Shown here piece by piece: positions 30,931 through 46,439 of a DNA stretch of 64,000 nt. The stretch is from Felis catus (Eukaryota). The notes beneath the pieces were generated by a model. The model did not search any database and was not told where the DNA came from. It saw only the letters and a list, made by a program, of their open reading frames with translations. The stretch spans positions 11,408,001-11,472,000 of the forward strand of contig NC_058368.1 of the NCBI RefSeq assembly GCF_018350175.1. The letters are read 5' to 3'. Each line of letters opens with the position of its first letter. Positions within the stretch are counted from its first letter, which is position 1. A program made the position numbers and the translations under genes.

Positions 30931-33230
30931 ATTGTAGTTCCATGAAAGGGTTTTTCATAGAGAACCAAAGCAATAAACTTCAAAATGCATAAATTTCTGG
31001 TGATCTGTGTTGATACAGGGATAGAGATTAATAATTTACCAAAAATTACCTAAGTATTAATTTGAGCTAAGTCAGCAGAATAAAATTTAGAAAAATATTT
31101 TGTCCTTTTAGTTTTTCTCTTATCAGAGCTATATTCATGATATATTTCTTAAGACATGTACCTTTGACATTAAAGGGCCATTTGGTCTACTTAATCCTTC
31201 AAATTCCTCTAAAGCCAGGACCCAAAATTATTTTCTTTAAGCCAAGAAAGCAAAGGAAAATAACAGATTTTACACTTAGGAGCCAGTTTTTACTCTTTTT
31301 ATTTTTTTATTTTTTATTCATTTATTTATTTTTTTTTTCTTGTCAAGCTAACGCTTTGCTGCACTATGGTTTTGGTCTCCTCCAGAGTAAGAACAGTCTG
31401 GAAGGGGCTTGCTGCTCTTGTTCACCTCAGCTTCAAAACATCTGCCCAACTCTCCTTTAGATGTATCTCAAAGGGAAAGAGAAGGATTGTCATCCATTCT
31501 ATAATTCTTCCTGCCCGGTCCCCCCAGAGCATGATTATAAAACCAACATATACCATATATAGTTCTTGAGCTCTCTGTTCCGTGGAAATCTCCAGATGTG
31601 GAATTTTTTCATTACTCTGCTTTTGTTCTTTGCTGAATGAGATCTGGACTCTGCGTACACCATTTTTAATGTTGCATTTATCAGCACAAATGTGATTAAA
31701 GAACACCTTCAGAAGGTAATAGGCTTGTCACTTTACTCATCTTGTAAGTTCGGTCTGATGTAGACAGACTGAGCAGATGTCCTAGATGTTCTGTTTTATG
31801 GATTCACAAAGCAATAGCCCAATAGCTATGACAATAATGTTTGAAATACAGAGTTACTGGGGGAAAGATGACTGTCAGAAATCTGCTACATACATTTAAG
31901 AAGTGCATAAAAGCAGAGTCAATACTGTCTGTTACATTACTGTGTTCCGTAAATCTAAATCAATGATGCAACGTTCTGAGGTTATATACCCGGGACAAGG
32001 CAGGCATCTAAACGGAACATCGAGTACCTTTTCCTAAAGCATGCCTTTTTCTCCATACACTGGAGGATAGCAATAGCCCTGAATTTCCCAGTGTTCTAGA
32101 GAGAAATAAAGCACTGATCTGTGGTCAATTAAGGCAGAACACCCAGTCAGTAATGAAGGAGAACACACCTGCTGTGGTTTGAATTTTCCAGATATTTTTA
32201 GATGGACTTAATTCTTTGCTTTGGCAGCATGTATATTAAGTAGATAAAACCTGTTTATGTCATTTTATATAAAATAAATATAGACATAACACTTTATCAA
32301 CACTTCTCCTCAGCCACACTCTTGCCCCACATTAGAGGCCTTTGGATAATAAAAACGCTGTTGATTTGAAAGCCTTTGGTGCCCTGAAGAGAGAAGGAAT
32401 TCTAGAAATTCAAGGTAGAAATATAATAATTAATACCTTGGTGGTTAGATGTCTCACGGCTTGGGAAACATTCTTGCATTATTTCTTTTGATTCCCACAA
32501 CAATTCCAGTGAAATAAAGGGTGAACTATTTATTTTTCCTTTTTGGCAGGTGTGGAAATAGGGTCCCTAAGGAGATACGGGACCTGGCCAAGGCCACAGA
32601 GCTAGTGAGGGAGAGCTCAGTACTAAAATCACCTGTTCTTCTGCTCAGAGACAGTATGGCACTAGAAGCAACCTTCTACTGCCGCCTTCCTGTGGTTGAC
32701 ACTTGACAAGTTGTATAACCCTACCCACCCTATTTCCTCACCAGGGACCTTTTCCTGAAAACCTTCACATCATTTTAAGGGATACTGTAAAGCTGACGAA
32801 GCCCAAGATTTGTTATGAAACCATTTTTGTATATTTCCAATTTTATCTACATTGACTTAATTAATCAGCAATTACGTATTGACCACCTACCATGTGCCAG
32901 GCAACCATGTGAATAAGAGGTTCCTATTTATTCAGTGCCATTGCTATTTTCTTTCTAACCAAATGCTATCTCCTAGTTCAATTCAGATATTAGCCTGAAA
33001 ATATTGATCTCATCGAGACTTGAACCTGTGCTCCTGAGCAAGAGTGACTACTGGCCCTCTCGAGAAAAACAAAATGTTAGGGGTACAATTTTTCCAGGAT
33101 TTCTTTAGGAAAAGCGTCATTGGAACTTGCTGCCAAAAACTCAACCACTATGTGTTTACGAGTATGTGTTTACGAGTAACAGCACATACACGCACATGTC
33201 AGTATTTCTGATGGTCGTTCTTGTATTTGA

Positions 33231-33374
<144 letters not shown>

Positions 33375-34621
33375 TGAGGGTTTTGATTATTCTTCTTCTA
33401 ATGACTAAAAAGGGACCCATAAATATTAAGTAACCATGTGATCCAACTGTGCAGGTAAGCATAGAGTCAGCATCTTAAAGTAAAAACAGACTCCACAGTG
33501 GGCAACTCAAAATCAGAAAACCTCAAACTACAGCCCAAATCTGTACTTTTATATTCCTGGCGTTTTTTCCTTGGTGATGCATCTGGGGAAAGGCTAGTAA
33601 GAAATTGTCCATTTGAGAACAAATGTCGCAGCTCAATTTTTCAACCTATCTTAGAGCATTTGACCTTTAAGCTCTGTGCGTCAGTTCACCCTGGGGAGGA
33701 TCGGTTTTCACCGTGAGTCTCTCAATGGCATAGTCTCAGTAGCCAAGTGAAAATTACTAACCTGGGAGATATAATTGTCACAGGAATTTCTTCGTACCCT
33801 GAGAAGGTGGGAAAACCAAAAAGGTCAATGCATTCATTTATTTTGTTTAAGCCCTGAACAGCTTCTGTGGGTACGGAGCAGGTAAAGGGTATCATTTGGT
33901 CACAAGTTACAGAAATTCTGGAACCAAAGAACACTTCCTGTGACATTTCAGTATGGTGAGGGAATCAGTAAACTGTCTGATGGGATTTATTTGTCTGTTT
34001 TGGTGGAAATTGTAAATGTGATGGTATTTCATGAATTACGTTCATTTTTTAAGTCACTTCATAGGACCTTTGTAGCTGTTGTTTTGATTTGTTTTGTTTC
34101 TATGGAAAATGTGCCAACTGGGTAATAGCTAAGTAATTCCAATGACAGAATATTTCAACTGTCCTTACTATGCTTCTTGATGCACAGACAGGCAATTCTC
34201 CAGCATTGAAAATACCAATGGAAGGGATGTCTAAAATCCATATATAGTTACCATCCTCTAACTTAGGTTAAGTTTCAGCTATGTCCCTATAAAACTTCTT
34301 ACTGAGGTAAGATAAAGCTGTTTGTATTTTCACCTTTTCCTGTGCCCCATCAGGGGACTGTACCATCCAAACACTGGGTATTTGCATCTCCTGAGCACTG
34401 ACCATCAGTTTTAGATAGGCCTAGATTTTACAGAGGAGGAGAGTAGTAGTTGAGAAATGGAGAGTTGTTGGTACAAGAAAAGTCTGGTTGCTGTGCGATA
34501 TTTCAAATTTGAGGACAAAAAAATTGCATCATAAAAAGGTGAAGCAGTCAAATCCTGACCCCCCCTCCCTCAGAATGTGCCAAGCCTAACAAAACATAAC
34601 ACTCCATGACTGTGGATTTAT

Positions 34622-34808
34622 GTTGCTCAATTTTTGGTGCATTAGTAAGACCCAACAGTCGCTTTCTGAGGTGAATCCTGACCTTGCCCCCAGAAACTCC
34701 CTTCCCTGACATCCCAGAAGTGGGTGGTGTCCAAGCACCTGCCCTTGTGGGGAGCTTCAGTCTTCAGAGTAGGAAGACCCCCCCTCCACCCACTCTGCTA
34801 ACCGGTTA
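34622..34808 (+). repeat. Local direct duplication A, copy 1 (about 185 bp)
   Basis: Aligns by eye to 36396-36582. Confidence 0.92.
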
Positions 34809-36395
34809 GTCAGGAATATTGCTCTTTGGCAGTTGATTCCTTTAAAGTGTGCCTCTTTGCTCTGGCTCCCGGACATAGAATTTGATAGAATCACTATAAT
34901 AAAGACAGAATTATTTTGAAAATATGTAAATAGTGACTTTCAGGGGATAATTATAATAATAATTATGTCATTATATAAACTCAGACCACTGGCTTTAGGG
35001 ACAAAAAGAAAAAGTAATGAAGTATTTGTGAAGGGAAAAACAAAACCATTGTGAATAGTTGTAAAGGGTTAAAAAGAAGTCTAATGTTCTCGTTATGGCA
35101 TCTACTTCACCTAGAAATGGTTTTTTATAGATTTGTTTTGCCTACATAAACAGCATTTTAATGGGAAAATTTTGGCACAGAATTTGAATTCATTTGAGTC
35201 GTGTGTCAATAATATGCTTTACATGATTACGGTTATTGACCAAAGAAGTTCCAATTCATGGCATGTTGTTACGGAACTGAGAGCTTATATTTTAAATTAC
35301 TCATTATAAGAGAAAATGAAATGAAGTTACTCAAACAGATCCTCCCTTATCACAGAAAGTCCAGAACATATTAAGGTCCTTTTCCAAGTGTTTAAGTAAT
35401 AGACCTTGACTCTGGCTGTCTGGAGGGTAGCACCACATCTAATAGGGGACAGATACCCTTAGGGCTTTGGTAACTGGGTTCTCCCTGATGTATTTTTGGT
35501 TCTAGCTACACAATGAGGGATATAGCCTATGCTACAAGAAAAACAAAGATTGGTAGGCTCAATTCGAAAACCTTATGGCCAGCCATCTGGTATATGTTAC
35601 GGGTGATTATTTTCTCCCTGAATTCCTGGAAGGATTAGTAGAGATAGGAAGGGTAAGGAGAAATCAGGTGAGACCTAGTGGCCTGAGGCTTCATGATCTG
35701 GGTTTACCCAGATGGAAAGACCATGTGCAGCCTCTTAAAAGTATTTTCTATTAAAAACAAAAACAAACACAGACAAACTATAGTACCTTGAGTAAAATGG
35801 ACCAGAAAACTGATTTAGACCTAGATCTATAAAGATCTTCCTATTAATATTATGTAAGCTGTTTTAGAGCTACTTAAAATACCTGGATTATTTTCCAAGG
35901 CCATATGTTAGTGTATGTGTCTCCATAATAAGGCTACATCTAGTTAGGCTGGATAGCAGCTGAGTCCTAGTGGTTTAGACCTGACTGTAGAAAACCAGTT
36001 TCAGGCCAACTTACTCCTAATCCAACCACCAGAAATCTAACACATTTTTGCTGATGGGCTGTGTACCTGAGAACATCATTGAAACAAAGAAAATTATGTC
36101 CTTTCCTAACAGAAATATCACAAGTTTCTTTTTTCTTAATTCTTTGGTAGTCTCCCCATTTTTGTTCTCCTTTTAAGTTTCATTATAGAGTAGCTGATTA
36201 CTTAGGAGTACATTTTGCAACCAGCTTATCCTGGATGGTTATTCAAGATGTTGATTTGCTGAAAGTGAAACCTCCTGTAGGTAGTTTACCCGGAGGTCTG
36301 AGATGAGATGAGGGACTGTCACAGCCACTTTACATTTTTTTCTGGACTAAAACTGTTGTGGCCTAGCTTCGTGGCATTGAATTTATAGGGTTCCA

Positions 36396-36582
36396 GTTGC
36401 TCGATTTTTGGTGCGTTAGTAAGACCCAACGGTCGCTTTCTGAGGCGAATCCTGGCCTTGCCCTGGAAACTCCCTTCCCTGCCATCTCAGAAGGGGGCTG
36501 TGTCCGAGCACCTGCCCTTGTGGGGAGCTTCAGTCTTCACAGTAGGAAGACACCCCGTCCATCCGCTCTGCTAACTGGTAAG
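36396..36582 (+). repeat. Local direct duplication A, copy 2
   Basis: Aligns by eye to 34622-34808. Confidence 0.92.
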
Positions 36583-36849
36583 CCCAGCCTTCTACAGGGG
36601 ACCAGCAGCCTCGAATCTGTGACCTCTCACTGCCTTTCAAGAGTGCAGCCAAGAAAAACTTTATTTGGGAGAAATTGCCTAAAGCTGATCTAATACATCG
36701 TTCTTCTTGGATACACCACAACTCTCCAGATTGAGCCAGCTTGTCTGAAGCCATGTACCTGGCTCATATCACGTGACCCCAAGAGGAAATGTCGTCTTTG
36801 AATGCCACCCGCCTCTATGGAGAGCATTATAAAAAAAGAGCGCCATCAT

Positions 36850-37065
36850 GAGTCTGGCTAGAGGCTTATCAATTTTGTTGACCTCCTAGAAGAACTGGCT
36901 CTTGGTTTCGTTGATATGTTCTATTATTGGTTTGTTTTGGTTTTTAGTTGCTGTATCATTTATTTCTGCTCTCATTTTTATTATTTCCTTCATTCTGCTG
37001 GATTTGTGTTTTGTTCGTTCTTTTTCTCGCTCCTGTAGGTATGAGGGTAGGTTGTTTTGAAACTT
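36850..37065 (-). mobile_element. L1 ORF2 fragment (antisense)
   Basis: gagtctggctagaggcttatcaattttgttg...tttatttctgctctcatttttattatttccttcattctgct. Confidence 0.75.
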
Positions 37066-37099
37066 GTTGCTGTGCTTAGTTTAAAGATATTGTTGAGGA

Positions 37100-38180
37100 A
37101 GTTCATTCATTCAAAAAATACTTGTTGATTCCCTGCCACATGTCAGATACTGTTCGGGGAACTAGGGAAACAGCAGCGAACAAAAGAAAGTGTCCACTGT
37201 CGTGCAGCTTGTTTGAGAGTCGGAGGAGGCAGTCAGTGCTGGGGAATGGGTGATCTGTGCCAGAAAGGAAAATTAAAGCAGGGTGAGAGGCGGAGGGGAT
37301 TTCAAATGATTGGGGATTTCCTGGAAATCCTCTGCAATAAATTGACGCTCGGGCGAAGGCTTGTGTGAAGTGGAGGAGAGAACCACGTGGCTCTCCAGGA
37401 CAGCTCTGCGGCCAAAAGGAAAGCTAGAGGTGAAGTCCCTGAAGCTGGGTGGTGCCGAGCGTGATCACAGAACAGCAAGAAAGCCCAAATGACTGGCGTG
37501 GCGTGGGCAAGGGTGCTGGTGGTGGGAGATGAGCCAAGGGAGAAACAGCAGGAAGACCGTGTAAGGCCTTAAAGGCCATGGTGTAGAGTTTGGACTTCAT
37601 TCTGAGTGGAGAGGGGAGCCACTGGAAAGTGTGAAGCAGAGAGAAAGACATGAATGAACTCCTGTTTTAAAGTGACTTCTCTGGCTTCTCTGTGGAAAAA
37701 CAGACTGTAGCGGGGCCAGGACAGAAGCAGGGAAACCGTAGGGAAGCCATTGCAGTAACCATGTGAGAGAGCATAGTGCCTTACCCTGGCGGTGATGGAG
37801 ATGGTGAAAAGTGGACCTATTATGGATATGTTTTGAAGGTACAGCTCACTGTATATGATGCCAAGCTACCTAACCTCTGTTTCCCTTCTGTCAAGTAGGG
37901 GTAAGAGGTACCCATTACTGGGCTATTAATTATTAATATAATGTACAACGCATAGAAAAGTGCCTGGTACAAAGTAGGTATTCCCTGTGTTAGCTCCTAA
38001 TGTACTTATTTTTATTATTACTATTATCCTCATCATGATTATCATGATTATGAGTTGGATGCGAGATGTAAGAGAAACGTCACAGATAGCTCTAAGGCTC
38101 CTGTCCTGAGCAAACTGGAAACATGGAATTGCATTTTACTGCAATGGGGAAGACTGGAGAAAGCCCAAGTTCTCGCAGTG
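37100..38180 (-). mobile_element. L2 remnant with an embedded MIR
   Basis: ttcattcattcaaaaaatacttgttga (L2 3' end) and purine-rich L2-like text. Confidence 0.6.
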
Positions 38181-38370
38181 ATGAGAATGATTTAATGTTT
38201 TCTTTTTGCATGTCTGTGTTTCCCATTGATCTGTAGTGCGTAATTGTATATTAGATTATCAAAACATAAAGGGACTAAAAAATCTAATCAAGTAACCCGT
38301 TGATCCTATGATTCATACTCACCAAATGGGATGGTTAGAGAGTTATTTTTACTAGCCTAAATTTGTATGA

Positions 38371-38604
<234 letters not shown>

Positions 38605-39032
38605 TAAGTAGCATCTGTGGGTAGTGGGAAGTGACTGCTTAGATCTGACTGGACTTTTCTTCCCATGAGAAGAGGGAGATCATTCCAGGTCCTGTCAAAT
38701 GAAATGACCTTTGAAATCAGAGGGACCATGCGTGACTTTAATTGCTGTTCTCAGCACATTTGGAGCGTTTGGTTGACTAGCAACCAATGTGCAAAGCTGC
38801 CTTGTAACTCAGAAGTTTTTCTTGATGTAATCTGGATGTGGATATTGCATTCTGTGATGATTTTTAGATCGTGAATAACTGGAAAAGAGGGCCCTTTTCT
38901 CCTCTTCCTCCCTCAGCTCTTATTACCTAGCAATGAGTAAGACTCCCTATTTTGTGATTAGCTCAGCGAAAGTTTCTTCTTTCTGTGGAATTCTGTGCTT
39001 TTTCGGAAAATAAATTCCATTCCCTGGAATAA

Positions 39033-39335
<303 letters not shown>

Positions 39336-39990
39336 TGACGTCCTGCTTTCCACAGTTCTGAAATATTTAGTCTCTTCCATTTTTCATCGCTTCTATGTGA
39401 CATCTGCTCTACAATCTCAGTTGATCGGTCATTGCTTAAAATTGCCCTATTTCTGCACTATACAGTGGTACCTCGCTAATGCTATATCTATAAAGACACC
39501 CGAAACATATTGGGCCTCTCTGAGGGTCTTTGGCTAGATGCGATCGATTTAAAGCCGTGAGATACTGTCCGCACACAGACAGAAAGAAGACAGAGTGCAG
39601 CAGGCCAAGCACTGAGATTTTAAAATAGCCAAATGGTAAAAATGGGAAGAGGAACAAGCCAGGGAGGCTCAGAAGTTTGGTTAGAGAGCGATGAACAAAA
39701 TTAGAATCCCTTCAGTTAACAGGGAGACCCAGGGAAGAGAACATCCCAGGAAGGAGGAATGCTAACCATGTCAAAAGCTACTGAGAGGTCAAGAAAAGTC
39801 CATCTATCAGCATTTTATGAGAACATTTGATTTAAGGAATAAAACATTTTTCCTAAGCCCAACTTCTTTATGTTGGTAACACAAACAATAACAAAGAAAA
39901 CTGAACATTCTTTCAACATGTTCCTCCTGAGTAACTTGGAATCTTTACTATCCCTGGAATCTAAACGAGCTTAAGACTTGTTTATACTAA

Positions 39991-40254
<264 letters not shown>

Positions 40255-42275
40255 TGAAGGTATCTGTGGAGCCCAAATTAACTTCTCTAACGTGATCACC
40301 ACCCCCCTACAACTTTCCGAGTGAGCAAGTAGGAGCACAATACATATGCACCATTTCACTTGATGTTAACTTGGTTCTCAAAATCCTTCAGTATTGAATA
40401 TTTTCAAATGTCTGTTTCCTTATTATTATGATTGCTGCTCTCATTAAATATGTTCCTACTGATACATTGAAAATTATGTCCTTCGGCCAAGAGCATCAGT
40501 CTAAAACACTGAAGGATGGGAATGCCCAAAACAGTGACCACCCCCATCACCTTGAGAGCAGGTCATTGCCAAGGTGCCAGGTGTATCGCTGTGGACCTTC
40601 TAGTTCCCCTGAAGGAATTTTCACCCTTTTAGTGACTGCTTTTCCTGGAAAGCACCATGGGTGGAAGTCTACTAAGAACCATGGCTGTTTTGAAACCAAA
40701 ATGTTCTTTTTAGAAATAAGAACAGAAAGCATTAGATGAGTCACGTTTGAGTCAAAGAAACTACTCTGCTGTGTCCAGCTATTCATGAAAACTTTCCCGA
40801 AAGAGTTGACCAGTGGGTTTCATTTAGAATCAGAACGTTTAAAATACCTTAAAATGATAGCGAACTAACATTCCTGAACATTTTGTATGTTGCATTGGCG
40901 CTGGATATGGTATGGCACTTCATATGTCACCGTATACTTTATTCATCACCCTGAAGACGATGTGCCTTTTACTTAATACTTGTACTCAGTGCTGTCTTGT
41001 CCTTTGACAGACACTAAGATTTTCCTCTGGGAAACAAGTACTGCGTTACCAAGTCTGAGACATAAGGACTACTGACCTCAGTTTAAGCCCTTTATTTTAA
41101 ACCAACCTGCACTTAATTGAAAAGAACCCATGAACAGCCACTCAGTGACACAAAACTCCTCACTATAGACGTTGAATTAAAAGAATCTGAAGACTTCTGG
41201 CTGTCCTAATTCCCCAGGATGAGGATGTATTCCATTAAGCACATGGTCTTAGACTGAGAACATCGCAATGCCCGTTAAGTTGTATATCTCTGAGTACATC
41301 AGTTTTGCATTCACTATACCACTCTTGTGGCATACAGTGGGGCTTTACAAAACAAAACACAACGTACCATAGGCAAGACAAACGGTGGAAGCTAAAATGA
41401 TTGAATCTGTAGCACACGTGGCATACGAGTACAAAGGGTTTGGAAAATGTCTCCTTTTCATAAACATTGATTAATTCTTACTGAACACCTACTTTCAACT
41501 GCGGTTGCTCTCAAATCCAAGCTAAAAAAAAAAATCGAAGCTAAAAAAACCTGTGTGCTAGAAATTATTGTCTTTATCTTATTATAATAGGAAAGTTAGC
41601 TGCAGAGAAATTATATAGACTCCCTGAGATTGCACAGCAAATGGCAGAGATGATATTCAGGCCCAAGGGTTCTCCTGTTTCAGTGTAACTTCAGACACAC
41701 CAGAACTATGTACTTTTTGCAATTATCAGGTAGGAGAAAAGGGATGGTGGCGTATCTACATTTTCAAACCAGCAACACCCAGGGATGTAGAACAATAATC
41801 AAATATGAGGTGGGGAACAAACATAATATTTGTTGATACCGTATTTCTTTGACTACCACGAGACATACTTTATCAAAACATAGCAATATCCACATCATAT
41901 TCACAGTTGTAAGCACATTTACTCAAAACATAACATCTATTATTAGGTGCTCGTATCCTCAACACTGGTACCATTTCACATATTTAAGTGGTCGAATACG
42001 CAAGAATAATTTACTAACAGCACAGGTGGGTCCAGATGTATAGGGGAACTGTCCTTCGGCCTGTGCACATATGCATGTGTGTGCACACAGACGCACGTGC
42101 ACACGCGCACACACGCATACACCACTTCTTTTGCAGAAAGCATCAATTCAAACACCAGGCTACAAAATAACAGATCACACTCCTATTACCCAGTACACTC
42201 TGGTTTACACAGCAGTGCAACTATTCCACAAGCAGGGAAAAACTATCAGTCTCGTTTCATCATAACCATAGTTGA

Positions 42276-42590
<315 letters not shown>

Positions 42591-44019
42591 TAGTGAGGGC
42601 TCAGGGGACGCAGGCCTGTTTTTAGGTTGGTCTTTTGGGGAAGTGGCATCACTTTAGAACTTGACAGATGAAAAGGCGAGCCTGTGATTTTAGCAAAGCC
42701 TTCTTTTCTCTTCTAAATTGCATCTGCTGGAGTCTGTGTACAAGGCAGATACTGGCAGAAGTCTGAGATCCCACTGATGGCACAGTTGACAGGCAGGAGG
42801 TTTCGTGTAGAAAGACAATGCAGCAGATGGAGACAGGACACGGTAGCGTCCCACGGTGAGGACGACTTTAATCATCTGTTAGAGCTGCCGGGATCTGGGA
42901 GTTCTGAGACTTGGCAAAGAACGTCCTCTGAAAACCAAATATATTAGCCACGGTCGACCCAGGAGCAGCTGCGGAGGGGACCATTATCTGCTCTTCTCAT
43001 CCAGAGCCATTTATAAATGGAAGTCAGAAACAATAGGAAGCATGATGGGAAAGGAAGCAAACTAATAATCAAAATCAAGAAAAGCTGCAAGCAAGCAATC
43101 CTGTCTTTTCAGCTCTTCTTCTGGTTCTTCCACCGAACAGTTTAGCTTGTAAGGCTTCAGAATGTCTAGCACCCTGAGGTGCAGTATTTGCATCAAGAAA
43201 ATCATGCTTACCTGGGACTCTATCAGGGGGAGGGGACCCTATCCTTTCTCATTAATCCCAGAAGTCTAGTCTGTATAGTTGTTATCTGATACCCCCATGA
43301 TCTTTCTCTCGGGAGTGCATCAGTTCATACAAAAAATGAAAAAAGAGCATTTTCTTTCCTCAGTTAATGATTCAGAGTATTTGCAGTTCACAGCTCAATA
43401 CAGGACTTAATGAACAGGAAGCTAAGGAGGGGGGGCCTAATGGTTAACTACATCCAGGATATTTCAGAGACCTGAATGGTCTGTGGGGGAGAAAAGCGTG
43501 CTCACCACTCAACACTGTCAGTACCTTGCATTGGGAAGAGTGTTCTTCTGAAATTCTCACCTCTGGCTCCATCCTGTTCTTTCTGTTGAAAACCAAGTAG
43601 ATAACAGAGGACGCACCTTCGGTTCATTTCTACAGTATTTGGTAGTCTAATGATATGATCCTGATAAAAGCATTATCTCTGCAAATCTAAAATATACAAA
43701 TGTCTAAGTCTGTATTCTAATTAACATTTTATATCATTTTATTTGACAAACATGTAGCACCTGTTTTGTGTAAACACCGTTCTGGTGAATTGAGAGGTTT
43801 TCACTTGGCGAGTAAATTTTGTGAGGTTTTCATTTTGTGAGTAAAACATAAGAAAAAATATGCCTCCGTGAATTAGCTAGATCCATTTTGAGTATGCTCT
43901 TAAGCTTTACCAGACTGAAATTTACGCCCACATTAATCACTAAACTTTCAAACTCACATTGCACCTTTGGAGTTACAACTGCATAGGTGGTTTTTAAAAT
44001 ACAAAATGATTATATTTAA

Positions 44020-44214
<195 letters not shown>

Positions 44215-44501
44215 TAATGGAGCATATTCTTCCCATTATAACCACACATTATACACACATACAAACATATATACGTATGCATATGTGTATATATATGGTT
44301 CTATATTTGGCACCGACAGCAGGAGAATATTCATAGGGGAGCCTTGAAGCTTATTTCAAATGTGCCTAAGTGAATGATTGTTAATGTCATGTATTTTTGC
44401 GTTATGCTCTATCAAATAATTCCCAGAGGTCACTGTTCACCTTGCTGCGTTTACCTCACTCAATTTAAACTACTCCCTCTAATATTAATTTTGTTTCGAG
44501 A

Positions 44502-44919
44502 AGGCCATGACACAACACATGCAGGAAAAGATGTTCAACATCACTGATCATCAGGGAAATGCAAATCAAAACCACAATGAGATATCACCTTACACCTGTC
44601 AGAATGGCTAGCATCAAAAAGACAACAAATAACAGTGTTGGCGAGGATGTAGAGAAAGAGGAACCCTCACGCACTGTTGGTGGGGATGTAAATTGGTGCT
44701 GGCAATGTGGAAAATGGTACGAAATTTCTCCCCCAAAAATTAAAAACAGAAATATCATATGATTCAGTAATTTAGCTACTGGGTATTTACCCAAAGAAAA
44801 TGAAAACACTAACTTGAAAGGATATATGCACCCCTATGTTTATTGTAGCATTATTTGCAGTAGCCAAGATACGGAAGTAACTCAAGTGTCCATCCATAGA
44901 TGAGTGGATAAGGAAGATA

Positions 44920-44953
<34 letters not shown>

Positions 44954-45588
44954 CGCGCGCGCATGTGTTTGCATGTGTGCGTGCATGTATATAGTTGTAG
45001 ATATGTATTCATTCCATATATATTCCATTGATACAATATGTATATTTTATACATAATGGAATGTATATAACAGAATATATAATAATGGACTGTCATACAG
45101 CCATAAAAAAGGATTAGATCTTAACATTTGTGACAACGTGGATATACCTACAGGGTATTAAGCTAAGTGAAGTAAGTCAGATTGAAGAAAAAAATTGCAA
45201 CATGATTCTACTCATGTGAAATCTAAAAAACAAATGCATTAACAAAAAGCAGAATCAGACCTATAAATAGAACAAACTGAGGGTTGCCAGAGGGAAGGGT
45301 GTAGGGAAATGGGCAAAGTGGATGAAGGGGAGAGAGAGATACAGGCTTCCAGTTATGGAAGGAATAAGTCACGGGACTAAAAGGCACAGCGTAGGGAATC
45401 TAGCCAATGATAGTATGATAGTGTTGTAGTGTTGTAGTGTTGTATAGTGATAGATGGTAGACACACTTGCGGTGAGCATAGTGAAACATACAGAGAAGTC
45501 GAAGAAGTCAAATCCCTGTGTTTTACACCTGAAACTAATGTGACATTGTGTGTCAAGCATACTCAAATTTTGACATTTTACAAAAAAG
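44502..45588 (+). mobile_element. 5'-truncated carnivore L1 (ORF2 end and 3'UTR) with a (GT)n(GC)n microsatellite
   Basis: [21 protein letters not shown] (L1 ORF2 C-terminus), L1 3'UTR motifs. Confidence 0.9.
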
Positions 45589-46439
45589 CAAAGACAGCCA
45601 TGAGTAATAAATCTTACTGACTGTGTTCAGACTCAACTGTGAAAAACTGTCAGATTTGAAAACTGGTTTAAAAAAGAATTTTGTGATAAAATGTCTTTGA
45701 CTTTGAAAGTATTTGTTAATAATTCCTGTGCTGATGATCATTCAATATTCTGAACACACTGTGATTCTTATGTAGATTATAATAACATCAGGATGTTTAA
45801 GCCCTTAGCTACATACCATTCAGATTCGACTTGGCCTGGGCTGATCTGTGTGTGAAATTTAAATCTGGTTCCTCAGCGTAATGCAACAACTACCCCTACC
45901 TTTTTTCACACACCAGGCTGACCAAATGAAATATAGCTCGCTAGCTTTCTCAGCTGCTCTGATAATTAGCACATCTCACAGTTTGAAACATTCCAGATTA
46001 GCCACATCTCTTCTCATTATCAGAGGGTGCTTTCTAAAAAAGCAAAAAATACTGATAAACTGAAACGAGTTTCTCATTTCAGGAATAGGAGTGACATTTC
46101 TTGTTTTGAGCTTGTTTGGGAAAGTTTGTGAAATGTCACCACCTCTTATACTGCTATTTCCCCCGCTTAGAAGTCACTTAATAGTTGAATATAACCCAAA
46201 GGAAGAAATTTACTGTTTGTGTACAAACCCTTAATTGGCTTAAAATCTTTGATTGCATGAAGATGATGAAAATGAGAAAACTCATGAATCCCTGTACTGT
46301 TTTCCCAGAAGATGCTTAGAGTCTGAGTCTTTTCACATCTTGCCCCAGATATTTTTACTCACTACAGTTTCTTTATACATCTCTGCTCTCGGCCTGTTTC
46401 CACTGTAGCACAATAAAATATGTTCCTGGAAAAACTTGT

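Noticed and set aside
36225..36262. ccag|..YPGWLFKML resembling exon 14 YTGWLLTI as a duplicated exon
   Set aside because: TGA after about 12 codons, poor pyrimidine tract and only a four-residue match; probably chance.
44920..44962. (GT)n(GC)n tract able to form Z-DNA
   Set aside because: An ordinary microsatellite expansion inside an L1 3' region, with no sign of function.
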